A stretch of 64,000 nt of DNA, taken from assembly GCA_965112155.1 (NCBI GenBank), contig OZ218100.1; one strand, given 5' to 3'. Numbering within the stretch: position 1 is the first letter of the stretch; each line of letters starts with the position of its first letter. The translations under genes and the position numbers were made by a program. The notes beneath the pieces are model-generated. The model was not told the origin of the DNA. It did no database searches and saw only the letters and a program-made list of their open reading frames with translations. This DNA is from Podarcis liolepis. Lineage: Eukaryota. Of this stretch, positions 34,011 to 47,064 are shown in pieces.

Positions 34011-34764
34011 CTGCAAACATTGGGGGGCATATACATTCATAGGACTCTGCATCAAGTTCTCCTTTCACTCCCTTTCTAACGCAGGAGGCGTTGTTGTAGC
34101 AGGGCTTACTGGAGCACACATCAAATTCTTGGCAGAATTGTCCCGAATACAACTGGTTACAGTGGCAATTGTAGGCTTCCTCCCAGATGTGACTTAAACA
34201 TATGCCCCGTCCAGAGCAAAAGGGTGCACTTCGAGACTGCTGGCAAAGATGTGGTTTCACTGTCACATTCAGCCTCAGCCCTAAATTACATAAAGGTGGC
34301 CCTCGGCTCGGGACTTCAGTGAAATAATGCGTTCCAACTCCAAGCCATTGCGGGTCGATCTGATGCATCCCACTTAACCTGCAACCAAAAATCATCTGCA
34401 GCTGAGGGATATCAGTTTGTTGAGGACACCTGATGAATTCCTCCCGGGAAACATTTGCCAAGTTCATGCCATGCGACTGAAAAGAGGGCTCGGAGGAAAC
34501 AAATAGTGCATCTCCCAACTGAAGCTGTAGAGGACAAAGCTGGGGATGACTCAAAGCTGAATGTTCTAGAGCATTCACATCGGTATTCCAGCAATCGGCG
34601 TAGAAGTTGGAACAGATGTTTTGGGTCAGGGACCACTTCACAATATGTACTGTCGGCTGCAGTTTCCATTCTGAAGTTGAAGACCTTTTGCAGGCAGTCT
34701 GCCCGTCAACAATGCAACCTTGAAAGACATGAACCATCACAACAATGATTGACTTTAGTTTCAT
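34011..34764 (-). CDS. EYS: EYS (protein eyes shut homolog) first coding exon: signal peptide, N-terminal domain and two EGF-like repeats
   Basis: Translation aligns with the human EYS N-terminus (W.LT.NIC..FY.DCW, CPLQ.QLGD.L..SSEPS, FGCRL.GMH, GTHYF, LGLRLNVTVK, FCSG.G.CLS..W, FSG/YSG..CQE.D.CS.KPC.NN); ends at the phase-1 donor G|GTAAGA. Confidence 0.96.
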
Positions 34765-35867
34765 TGTTCATTAGGAGAAAAGATGGGCGCACCTCATTAC
34801 AACTGTGCTTCTTGAAGACAGGAGTGATCCTTTCAATTGCTGCACGGTTGGAGCCCTTTCATTTACGTTCCACTGCCATCTGTGAAATGATAAAGATATG
34901 CATGCATGAACAATGTGATATCTTTGGATAAAATATTGGCACTGAGACCACAGTGCTAAGATCAAACAACATCATCAACAAAGCAGGGAAGAGTATGCCC
35001 AGTTGTTCAGACTCCCTTCCACCTGCACAGCTATTACATACAACAAAATATAAGCATCAGCAAGAAAACTCGGACAGCAACAGAAACATCCAGTGGCAAC
35101 CAAGCTAAAGCAGTCTCAAAAGCTCCTCTGAAATGCCATGCTTCCATTTCCCTGTAGAAGACAAGAAGAAATGCAATGAGAGTGCTTTCAACTGTGCTCT
35201 CGACTTGCCTCTGTTGAAGATGAGACATGGCACAAGGCTTTCCCCAGTAATTACAGTTTGAATGCATGCAGTTTACTCTAGACCCAAATAGTTTAGGCCA
35301 TTTAAAGGTTAAAGCCACAATTTTCAATTGGAGAGATAGTATGATATTGGTGTTTTTCAAATTTCAGTGGCACCCTGTGCGAGGCCAAATTTTGGCACCC
35401 TCCACCTCTCACCTTCCGTTCTACTCAATTCACTACATCATAGTTGCAACACCCTGCAGCACCTCCTAGGCTCAGTGCCCAGTGCGGCAGAACCAGGCGC
35501 TTTGCCCTAAACCCACCTCTGCATGTGATCATTAATGCAGGCTCCCACAAGCAACCTAGTTAATGAATTCTGTACCAACTGATGGTTCAAGAGGCAACTT
35601 CAAAGGCAGTCCCACACAGAGCATGTAAACATGATTTAAGCTGGGTGTAACCAAGATGTGTGCAAGTTGTAGTAAGACCTGCCTTCTAAATAAAAAAATA
35701 ATCCATATAAGGCAGTTTTCTAGTCTCATAATATTAAGATCTTCTCTGTCTCTAGATAGGAAGAAATGATGGAGTTGGATATCAAATGTGTATTGGTGAA
35801 ACCAGACACCAAATCTGTTGGCCTCAGAGATAAACATACCCACCTAGTATGTTGTCAGAACTAGCCC

Positions 35868-35894
35868 AAACAAACAAACAAACAAACAAACAAA
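35868..35894. repeat. (AAAC)n microsatellite
   Basis: Direct reading. Confidence 0.9.
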
Positions 35895-38800
35895 CCACAA
35901 TGCATCTTCATTTTCAGGGATGGGCTAACCAATTTACTTCTTGGCTAGATTATGTTCATGTATCTATGCATTTATTTATTTTAAAGCTGCACAGAATGTG
36001 CCATTAAATATGCATTTAAGTACATTTTTAAAACATTTCCTTTCTCTCAATATACTTATTTCTAATTGCATATACTGTTAACGTATGCATTTCCAGATGT
36101 GTCTTTTTTCAAATACTTTTTTTGGTAGTCTGTTTCTTGAGTCAAGAATTGGATCAGAACATTTGGGAGAGGCAAGTGCTGGTGCATAATGAAATCCCAA
36201 TCCACGCATAAATCTGCAAGGTGTGAATAAATCAGTTCGTATCACAATCTGCAAACACTTAATTCCTCAAGCATCTCTGGTGTTTCCAAGCTTCCTTGCG
36301 CTTTACTGCCTTTGTAAAAGCTATTGATAACAGCATGTTTGGAAACACACACTGGTAGCCGACACAGATGGATACTGATTATGACAAAGGACGGCTGTAT
36401 TCAAGAAAGCATCATGGGCTGGATCTCTTCAAACAGGGAGTTTCTTGGTAGGAAATCATATTTATGATCAGAGGAAAGAACAGATGAATAATTGCTGTTT
36501 ACTGTTCCCTGAGACTTAGTCACTTGTGCCAACCTATTCAGCGCAGAATTCTTGAGTCTATATTTAATTGTAAACACATTTGGAAGAATCATATATGCAT
36601 GCCGTTCAAATAATGTGGGCATTAAAAAATACACAGGGATTCTCAATGTAAATGGGAAACCCAGGAAAAAGAGGCTATTTACATTAATTGCTTATCACAC
36701 ACTATCCTGAGTTGTCTACATGGGACCCAGAAACTTCCATGTGCAGTTCTTATAACCAACTGCTGGGTCTGCTGCTGTGCTGGCACTGTGGTGACTGCTT
36801 CTGAGCAATTTCTATGATAATATATTTTCCTCTGTGGTCCAAATGTTATCACTTGTTTTGCTGATTTCATTATTCCATTCAGAAACACATTATATTATTA
36901 AACAATACTTAGCAATGCACATTAGATTTGCCTTCTGCTGCTTCTGTTGCCTTTGCTTTCAAGCTGGAACATCTAAGAATTCCAAGACAGTGCTTGCCGT
37001 ACTCAATGCAAATACACTGTGATTTCAGAATAAGATATTGCTCCTTTCATATGCCTAAGAAAAAGGATCTGCGTCTGTATTTCCCCACCTATCACCTACA
37101 TTACAGGAGTACAAAGAACAGCTTTTCGTTGTAAGTTTGAATTTGGGGCACTAGACATCAGGCAGCCACATTTTTTCTCTGTCAAGACAGGAACTGTAAC
37201 AGAATAATATAGTAACTTCCTTTCAGTGAATATTTCACTTATTTTGTCTGGGGAAAAGGCTGGGTTGATCATGAGCCAAAGAACTCTTTGAAAGCACTGA
37301 TTCCCGCTATGTAGAAACTGGATGTGATGCAAATTTAAGCATGGTGACTTGCAAACATGAACGTAATATGCAAATCATGGGTCACATCGCTTTGAAATCT
37401 GGATGTGGCAACTGCATGTAGTTTTACCTGAAAGATATACCCACCACAGAGAATTCAGCCAAATCCCCATGTTCCCATCAGGCAGCTGACCTGAAATCTG
37501 CTATAGCTTATATCAGCCTGTTAGGTTGGTAGCAAGTCAACATGCTGTAAAATGACAAGCTAGAAGTTCTTCTTTAAGCCTCTGCTGATAAGTTAAATTC
37601 ATTTAATGTGACTCTTAGTCTTGTGTTGTTTGGGGAAACTTGTTTTAATGATGGGCTACTCTTGCTTTTATATAAAAAACCTTTGGGTTTGTTTCTTATA
37701 CTTTCCCCCTCCCCCACCTCCAGGTTTGGGCAGCAAGCTCACTGCATTTATAGGCTGCATAATCACAAAAATCCAAAAGGTATACATTATATATCCCACT
37801 TAAAGATGTTATACCTCAGGCTTAGAAATGCTTACAGAAACTTATTTTTGCCTGAACATGAATAAATGCACAAAATTGCTTTAAACAAGGTGATCTACAG
37901 AAGCTACAAGAGTCCATTCATGGAGGAAGGGCGGGTGGGGGCTGTATTACATAATTGTATAAGAACCAGATAAATTTTGCATGGCACTGACTGCAGATCC
38001 ATATATGACAGTCATGTAAACAGCCAACCAAGATTCACCTTGTATCTGTATCTGTGACATGTTTGGTTTTTTAAAAAATAAACCCTATCTTCTTCTGAGT
38101 TGTTCTCTGGTCACTCTGCTTCTGTCTGCATTTCAGATTCCAAGCTTCTCCATATAAAGTTCTGTGTTTCATTTACTATAATGAAGCAAATTAAGAAACT
38201 AAAACTATAACTTTGCCTCCTTTTTGGCCAAATTGGGTTGAATTTACAGGCCCAGAAGTCCCTCCAGAGTGAATTAAACTTATCAGATTGCCGATAAACA
38301 GGTTTCAGGGGCCTTTTATTTTCATGGGGAAAGTAAAAGGGATTCATTTCCCCCCATAATGAGGGATAGGAGTGGAGAGTTGCCTCTTGTTCTTTAAATA
38401 ATGATGAAGGCCTGCTCCCAGGTTGCCCATCATGGTAGACCCTTACAGCTACTGGGTCTGGACTTTACTTAAATACCGGCTACTCCCACCTACAGATTTG
38501 CAGGGAGCCGTAGGACTCCCTCCCTCCCTCTCTCTTTTTTAAAAAATAGATGTATGTTGTGATTTTCAACTAAAGTTCTCAAAGTGGCAAATGACATTTA
38601 TGCAACACAACAAATGCACCAATAATCACATTCTCACAAAACAAAACATCCATCACCGGTGGAGCAAGAACCAGAATTTGATGTATGCTACTTGATCATG
38701 ATATACCACTGAGGCCTTTCCATACCAGGTGAGATATATTTGCTTTCGAAACCACTCAGACCAGAGCATGGATCATTAAATGCAACATATATTTAATTAA

Positions 38801-39913
38801 TTATTAAACAATTGGAATATATATATCAGAGTTTCAATACTTTATCCAAATGTGGCCAAATGTGTCCCCAGCTGATGTCCTAACTCCTTTTATTATATAC
38901 TGATATATATCTCTCAACCTATGTTCTTTCTTTTGCCATTTTTCTGACACTTTCTACTAGTCATTCCCTCTGCCCAGAAATCAGTTTTTCCCACTGTCAA
39001 TCATTATTCCTTGAGATCTTCTGTGACAATCCCTTTCACCTCATTGGACTTGTTGGATACAGATGGAGGAATTGTTTCTGGAATGAGTTAAGGACTTGGC
39101 TTCACTTCCTTACCTCCCTTACTTTATGTCACTAGCAAAGGGTGCAGAGGATGCTAATGGATTATGATTTCTTTGGCACCAAGATATTAAAAATCTTTGG
39201 GTGTATGAATTTATCATGCCAATGTCCCCATGAAATGATCAGGATCAGTGTGAATATACATCAATTTCAATGGTGAATTATATTCTTTAAGAGAAATCCT
39301 ATGAACGTCTACTTGGAAGTAAGTCCCATCTGTCTTTTGTTCATTGCTATGACAACCCTAAGGCAGGCCTTGAATCAAATTGAAATATTTCCTAAGTTTG
39401 AAGATATCACTTCACATAATCTAATTTTGCATTGCACCTCTATGTAGGAACACTAGATGTATATACTAAAATATTTTTGTACAGGTTTTTTATTCATGGA
39501 CTGGTTTTGTTTAACACATTTCATCAGCTGCCTTGCATCATATACAGCAATATGCAGAATCCTCTATGGAGTTTAAACATGAGCTTAAGACAGTCACAAT
39601 TACTTCTTTTTGGATGAATGATCTTTTATATTCTTCCATCTCACAGTAGCAATACAGCTATTTTTCCATCTGTGAAATCCAATTTTAAGCACAACATTTT
39701 TGCTTGTTAGGATATTTGATCTTGAATTAAAACACCAGAGCCTTAATAATTCTCTGTGCCTAACTGAACTTAGCTAGCACTATTTCAAAATCATTCACTT
39801 TAAATCATTACCCTTTTCTGCTTGCCCCCCCCATAGGTTGGAATTATTTTATGCAAAGTCACTGTAGCTCTCCAGTTCAAGAAGGTATTTCTGTGTAGTA
39901 CACCTGACAAAAA

Positions 39914-40280
39914 GGGATGTGGGTGGCACTGTGGTCTAAACCACTGAGCCTCTTGGGCTTGTTCAAATCCATGCGATGGAGTGGGCTCTTGTTGCTCTGT
40001 CACAGCTTCTGCCAACCTAGCAGTACGAAAGCACACCAGTGCAAGTAGATAAATGGGTACTGCTGTGGTGGGAAGGTAAATGATGTTTCTGTGTGCTCTG
40101 GCTTCCGTCACGGTGTTTCGTTGTGCCACAGCAGTTTAGTCATGCTGGCCACATCACCCAGAAAAGTTGCTTGCAGACAAACACCAGCTCCCTCAGCTTG
40201 AAAGCAGAGATGAGCGCTGCACCCCATAGTCGAATTTGACTGGACTTAACCATCCAAGGGTCCTTTACCTTTATATTTAC
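39914..40280 (+). mobile_element. Sauria SINE (older, internally deleted)
   Basis: GGGATGTGGGTGGCACTGTGG head, CCTTTACCTTT tail, TGACAAAA-like TSD. Confidence 0.85.
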
Positions 40281-41871
40281 TTGACAAAATGTAAAAATCC
40301 AAACATTTCCCCTGCATTGCCTAGGTGTGACGGGGACCTATTACCTAATGAATGCTGTTATTTTACCCTTTTTGTAAATTATGTGGTAGGCATCTCCTAC
40401 AAGATGTTCTCACAAAAATGTGCTGGGTTAAACCCACATAAGATAAAGCAGAACATCAGTGGGGTTTTCCATTTCACAGATACCAATGGACCATATTGAA
40501 AAGCATGGAATGGCACAGTGAAATCAGAAGAATTCAGTGAAGCTGTCTTGTGGAAGGGCTCTTCTTCTCACACAAGACATTTCTAGACCAAAGCCTCTAT
40601 TTATGCTATCTAGAAGCTCATACAAACATAAAAAGAGCCCTGATGCAACAGACCAAAGACTCATCTAGTCCAGCTTTCTGTTTTCACAGTGACCAACCAG
40701 ATACTTATGGGAAGCACACAAACAGGACATGAGCTCAGTGGCACGTGCCCCACTTGTGTTGCTTAGCAACTGGCATCCATAGGTATCCTAGTTGCTGAAG
40801 AAGACAATTCCATTACTGGCCAATTCCATTACTCCATGAATTTTTCTAACCCCCTTTTTAAAGCTGCCCAAGTCAGTGGCCATTACTATGGACCATGGTG
40901 GCAAATGTCACAGTGTAACTATGTGCTGAGTGAATAATTTTGCCTTTCCTGAATCTTCCAGTATTCAAGTTCATTGGATAGCCCTGTAAGCAACATTCTT
41001 GGATGCTTCGATTTAGAAGGCAAATTTAGCACTCCTCACCTGACAAAATAGATTAGACCTGTATATCTATAAGAAGATACAACCCTCCTACTTTTGAAGA
41101 GAAGCAAAATTGAATATATACACCCAGTAAATCTTTTTCCACGGCGTCCCAACACATCTAACTTACCAGAGGACAGTTTTAATGCTGAACTTTGCCCAGC
41201 ATGGTGTCTGAGTACCTGCAGCTCAACCATTAAATGAAAGCAGTGTTCTTACAGAGCCCGAGGCTCATTTTTTAAATTCTAAATAATAAAACCTAGTGTA
41301 ACATGATAAACGAGTCCGGTTGCAGCACAGGGGCACCATAGGGAGCCTGCTGCCCTGTCTATAAAGGAAGGATGAATATCAGGTGGTTGAAAATAATCAA
41401 CATGAAGACTCTTGTCTACTCTATATTTTATCTTACCACTTCAAGAATATTTGAGGATGCAATGCAATGAGAAGCTTCAGGAAAAGAAATTTAATAAAAA
41501 CAAAAATTCATTGGAAAATTATTTTTCTTCCTTTTTTAAAAAAAGTTTATACTGTATTGGTGGAACCCAGACAAATCATGAGATACTATAATCCTGCAAA
41601 GCTATCATTTTTGCCCCTCTTTTAATGGTCAATCTGCATAAAACAGTTAAAACAGGATCATGCCAGTTTTCACAATCATGGCTTCCATCAAAGAAAACTT
41701 GAAATGTTCTTTGTTAAGGGTGCTAATGGTTGTGAGCAACAATGCCCAGAGTTCCCTGGTAAGAGAGATTGACTCTGAGAACTGTAGTTCAGTGCAGCAA
41801 ATAGGAAGTCTCCTAATAACTCTCAGCACCCTTAACAAACTACAGTTCCCATGATTCTTTGGGAGAAGCCA

Positions 41872-42290
41872 AAGATGATCAAGGCTCTGGAAAGCAAGCC
41901 TTATGAGGAATGCTTGAAGGAGCTGGATGTACTTAGCCAGGAAAAGAGGAGACTGAGAGGAGATATGATAGCCATCTTCAAATATCTAAGGGGCTGTTAC
42001 ATGGAAGATGCAGCAAGTTTGTTTTCTCCTGCTCCGGAGGACTTGAATCAATGGCTTCAAGAAAGGAGATTCCAACTAAACCTTGGGGGGGGGGGAACCT
42101 TTCTGACAGTGAGAGTTGTTTGACAGTGGAACAATCTCTCTCAGGAGGTTGTGGACTCTACTTTCTTGGAGGTTTTTAAGCACAGGTTGGATGGTCATCT
42201 GTCATGGATGCTTTAGCTAAGATTTCTGCATTGCAGGGGGTTGGACTAGATGACCCTTGGGGTCCCTTCCAATTTTACAATTCTATGATT
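41872..42290 (+). mobile_element. CR1 LINE 3' fragment nested in an older short repeat
   Basis: Peptide KMIKALESKPYEECLKEL...EKRRLRGDMIAIFKYL; typical ending GGTCCCTTCCAA...ATTCTATGATT; flanked by GAAGCCA / GAAGTCA. Confidence 0.88.
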
Positions 42291-43497
42291 TGAAGTCATG
42301 ACTGTTTAAAGTGCTGTGATGCTGCTTTAAATGTACAGTGTAGAGGGGGCCAATAATAACCTTTCTTAGAATATTTTTTCTGGTTTTTTTATGCACTTTA
42401 AATTTCTACTGAACACACCTGGACAATTAGGGATGTGCTTTACTCTCCCATTTAATTCAGCGGAAAGCCAAAGTGTGAGGGAGTGTTGTAGCTAAATGGC
42501 AGAGCACATGGTCTGCACATGGTCCTCAAAGCCATACAGAGGATCGTAGGACTGGGAAGAAAACCCCCTGTCTGAAACTTGCCAATCATTATGAACTATA
42601 TTGTGCCAGATGGACCAATGGTCTAACTCTGTACAAGGCAGATTCCTAGGTTTCTAACTTTGACTGGATTGTACTCATCTTCACTAATGTGTGTGTGTGT
42701 ATGTTTATTTACTTGCATGTTTTGAATATCTGCCTCAAGTCAGTTTATTTTTCATTTCAGCTAAACATGAGGGACGGATGAAATCGACACCGCTCCTGTG
42801 TGAACTTAAATAATAATGCTCCCAGTAAACTACGTCCTTTTTAAAAGAGACAGTGTGCAGAGTATTTTCCTTTTCTCGTTTATGAACTAATGAGCAAAAG
42901 CTTTGCATTTCAAAATCCTCAGAGGGAAACTAACCAGATTATGTCGTCTCATGGCTAGATTAATTCCAATCACATCATAAAAGTGCAGGGGAAAGCTCTA
43001 AAGAAGTAATTGGATGAATAATAACTTTCAGTGTCTTAAACCCTGTTTTGTTTTATTGAGAGGGAAGGCATAGCACAATGAAGATGTGTAGTGCTGTAGC
43101 GGCAACACCTGGCTATTCCCTTTGTGTCTCCAAGTTCTGTTCCTTGGGAAAACTTGAAGCATCTGCTTCAGACAGGAAGCTTCATGTCAGGGCTGCCTCA
43201 TGGGCAATCCATGACAGTGCGTTTCCCTTTCACTCCTGGATACAAGATACTGTTCTGACAAAGTTGCCACTCACAGAGCAACCCTCAACTTACTTGACAT
43301 TTTCTGTGCATAAAAATGAGAATAAGTGAACAAGAGAGCAGTGAGCTTCTGTGCGGTCTTCTTAAAACCAGCGGGAAGAAAGTGGTTATGGTCATGTGAA
43401 AATCCATATTACTATGTGGACTTCATTTTATTCCCTAAAAGCAAAGCTCCCCATTAAGCACATGTATGTGGTCTTCATTGGATATCTCCTCTTCAAT

Positions 43498-43874
43498 ATT
43501 GTTGTTGTTTAGTCGTTTAGTCGTGTCCGACTCTTCGTGACCCCATGGATCAGAGGCACGCCAGGCACTCCTGTCTTCCACTGCCTCCTGCAGTTTGATC
43601 AGATTCATGTTTGTAGCTTCGAGAACACTATCCAACCATTTCGTCCTCTGTCGTCCCCTTCTTCTTGTGCCCTCAATCTTTCCCAACATCAGGGTCTTTT
43701 CCAGGGAGTCTTCTCTTCTCATGAGGTGGCCAAAGTATTGGAGTCTCAGCTTCAGGATCTGTCCCTCCAGTGAGCACTCAGGGCTGATTTCCTTCAGAAT
43801 GGATAGGTTTGATCTTCTTGCAGTCTATGGGACTCTCAAGAGTCTCCTCCAGCACCATAATTCAAAAGCATCAA
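43498..43874 (-). mobile_element. RTE/BovB LINE 3' fragment
   Basis: Reverse complement of the family at 19253-19648; peptide MRREDSLEKTLMLGKIEG.RRRGRQR.KW. Confidence 0.9.
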
Positions 43875-44459
43875 TATCTTCAATATTAAGACACAGCAAT
43901 AAAACTTGGCCTGCCTTTCAAGGTTTGAAAAGCCACCCTAATCAAACTGCATCTCCCCACCTACCCACCCCTTCGAGCGGGGTACAGAAAAAGCTAAAAT
44001 GCCCTTTGTGTGATCACTCAAAGTAATCAGTGTGCAGTAAAATATTGCAGGGCATTTGCTTCAGCAGGAATCACACAGAGTTGCAGCCATTGTTCTGAGG
44101 GTGCTTTAGTACCACAGGAAAGTGTTTTCCATTGAGAAAGAGGCCCACAGGGCCCTTCTCACCAGTGGGACTCAACGCTCTTCCAAGGAATGGGCCACTT
44201 CCACAGTCTCTGCCTTCCCCATGGCACAAGGTGGGCTTTGATGGGAAGGTGCTTGGGACACGTGGAGGGATGGAAGGAAATGTTTTCTGGATATTCCAAT
44301 GCCAAGCATGCAAAGCCCTTGCTAGCATGTTAGCATTTCCCAACTGGAACACTTATACAAAGGACCAGTCTTTTTGTGTGTTGGGGGGGGGGGGGGACTT
44401 TACAGAAACAGTATTTCACAATGCATATGAAATTAAACCTAGACCCTGGAAGGGCATTT

Positions 44460-44720
44460 AAGCAATGGATTCAAGTTACAGGAAAGGCGATTCTGACTAA
44501 ACATTAGGAAGAACTGTAAAAGTAAAAGCTGAACAGTAAAAGCTGTTCAGCAGTGGAACAGACTCCCTCAGAAGATGATGGACACTTCTTCCTTGGAGGT
44601 TTTCAAACAGAGGTTGGATGGTCATCTGTCAGGTATGCTTTAGTTGTGATTCCTGCATTGCAGGGGGTTGGACTAGATTACGCTTGAGGGTACCCTTCCA
44701 ACTCTACAATACTGCGAATC
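44460..44720 (+). mobile_element. CR1 LINE 3' fragment
   Basis: Same 3' end as 41872-42290 (CAGAGGTTGGATGGTCATCTGTC...GGGGTTGGACTAGAT...CCCTTCCAACTCTACAAT). Confidence 0.8.
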
Positions 44721-45799
44721 ACTATTCTGATGGCTAAGCCCCTCAATTATTTCCACCAACCTTCCCTCAACCTGGTGCCCTTCAGGTATTTTGGAGCACC
44801 ACTCCCATTACCCCAACCATTGTGGGCCTGGTGGGGATTTCTCCAAAGCAGCTGGAAGGTACCAGGTAGAGAAAGAGTGCCTTACCTCACAACGTAGCCA
44901 CATTTTGACTTGTTTTACAGTAACAAAGAAATTTAATTGGCAGGTGCTGATCGGGTTGTTTAAAACCTACCCTTATTTTAATAACAAACTTATTTTAATA
45001 ACAAACCAAAGTAATAATAAGGGTTAGTGGGTCACAAGGCAGCTTAACACCACATATTATACTTTCATAACGCAAGAGCAAGCTTTTTCATGCCTCAGTC
45101 TTTATGGAGAAAATATTATCTCCAAGGACTTAGAACAAAGTCTGTGGCAGTTAAAGGAAATACAAAGGGCTACATGCTTATTGTAATGTTTAAAAAGGCA
45201 TTGTCACAATGACCGGCAGGACAAGTTTATGGAAATTATTAGAAGCAATGTTTCCCCATTGTGCTAGGGTGATGTAGAGGCCAGAAGCTGCACTTTTCAA
45301 GATTCTGAGAGACATTCAACATCACCCGATAGCAAAGGTTCTGTCAGCACAAGCACTGACTGAATGTTCTCTCCTCCCCTATAGTTCGGGGTTTTCTTCC
45401 ATGCACAACTCAAGCCAATTGTGGGGGTGCAGGGAGTGCACAGGGGAGAAGCCCCTTTGCATTAGTAGAAGTCCTTGTGCAAGCTTCTGTTAGTGGGACT
45501 AATTAGCTGAATCCGGCCCACTGACTTCAGTGCTCCACCAGAAAGTCCTGCCTCAGCATTTTTGAGAAACTTTAGCGTAAATCAGAAGTGTCAGTAGCAG
45601 CCAAGGCTAGAACTAAGGACCATTTGATCTGTCCTCCATCACCTCTACTGGTGATCTACCCAAAGGTGAAGAAGACAGAGAGTTCTATTATCTTCCCAGA
45701 TTCCAGTTTAGCTCTACCCATCCAGGTGTCACCATTGCTTTACCACGGCCTGAGTCAGACCTGGATCTTTGCTTGGACAACAGAAAATGTTGACCACAG

Positions 45800-46100
45800 C
45801 TTCTGAAATGTACATGGAGTCAAGAGTGGATTTCATGCTCATTATTCAGCTCATAGTGGTGAGGAGGAATGGAAGTTCCCCCAGAATGTCTGCTTTATAT
45901 ACATTATTTACACAATGGGCCCCATGTGATTGGCTAATTCCGGGATTCACCTGTAGGCCAATCAGGTTGTGGATTCACTTCCACCTGAAGCTGGATTGGG
46001 TGGCTCTTGTGGACCAATCAGACTGCTGCATTCTGGATCCTATTGTTCTAGGACCAATCAGACTGCTGCATTCTGAATCCTATTCAACTCGGTACATAAC
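45800..46100 (-). mobile_element. LTR remnant
   Basis: Minus strand begins TGTTATGTAC, with several CCAAT boxes in short internal repeats and a TATATAAA; left boundary unclear. Confidence 0.45.
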
Positions 46101-46188
46101 AGCTTCCCAGTGCCTTCTCTGCTATCATCACAGTTCTGCCTTGGCTTTTTAAATAAAAAGTAGTGACAACATGGTGTAGTGGTTAAAG

Positions 46189-46323
46189 CAGTGTTTCTCA
46201 AACTTGGTTCTCCAGCGGTTGTTGGACTATAACTCCCATCATTTCTAACTAGCAGGACCAGTGGTTAGGGATGATAGGAGTTGTAGTCCAAAAATGCTGG
46301 AGACCCAAGTTTGAGAAACACTG
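46189..46323. mobile_element. hAT-type MITE inserted in a tRNA-derived SINE
   Basis: TIRs CAGTGTTTCTCAAACTTGG / CCAAGTTTGAGAAACACTG; 8-bp TSD GGTTAAAG / GGTTAGAG. Confidence 0.85.
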
Positions 46324-46468
46324 GGTTAGAGTGTTGGGTTAGGACAGGGGAGACCCAGGTTCCAATAACCAATCAGCTGTGAAACTCAGCAGATGACCCA
46401 ATCACCAATCTCTCAGTCTTACCGATCTCACAGGGGTTGTGAGTATACAATGGGAGGAAAGAGCCAAG

Positions 46469-47021
46469 TCTCGCTTGGACTACTGCAATGCGCTCTACGT
46501 GGGGCTACCTTTGAAGGTGACCTGGAAACTACAGCTAATCCAGAATGCGGCAGCTAGACTGGTGACTGGGAGCAGCCGCCGAGACCATATAACACCAGTC
46601 TTGAAAGACCTACATTGGCTCCCAGTACGTTTCCGAGCACAATTCAAAGTGTTGGTGCTGACCTTTAAAGCCCTAAACGGCCTCGGTCCAGTATACCTGA
46701 AGGAGCATCTCCACCCCCATCATTCTGCCCGGACACTGAGGTCCAGCGCCGAGGGCCTTCTGGCAGTTCCCTCATTGCAAGAAGCAAAGCTACAGGGAAC
46801 CGGGCAGAGGGCCTTCTCAGTAGTGACGCCCGCCCTGTGGAATGCCCTCCTATCAGATGTCAAAGAGATAAACAACGACCTGACATTTAGAAGACATTTG
46901 AAGGCAGCCCTGTTTAGGGAAGTTTTTAATGTGTGACATTTTAATGTATTTTTGATCTTTGTTGGAAGCTGCCCGGAGTGGGTGGGGAAACCCAGCCAGA
47001 TGGGCGTGGTACAAATGAAAA

Positions 47022-47063
<42 letters not shown>
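46469..47063 (+). mobile_element. L2-type LINE 3' fragment (RT C-terminal region)
   Basis: SRLDYCNALYVGLP...LQLIQNAAARLV...HITPVLKDLHWLPV...RAFSV..P.LWN; (TTA)n tail. Confidence 0.9.

Positions 47064-47064
<1 letters not shown>

Noticed and set aside
36720-36815. Minus-strand NCSEAVT..QCQH resembling EYS exon 5
   Set aside because: It lies upstream of the start codon, needs a frameshift, and the true exon is at 23962-24075
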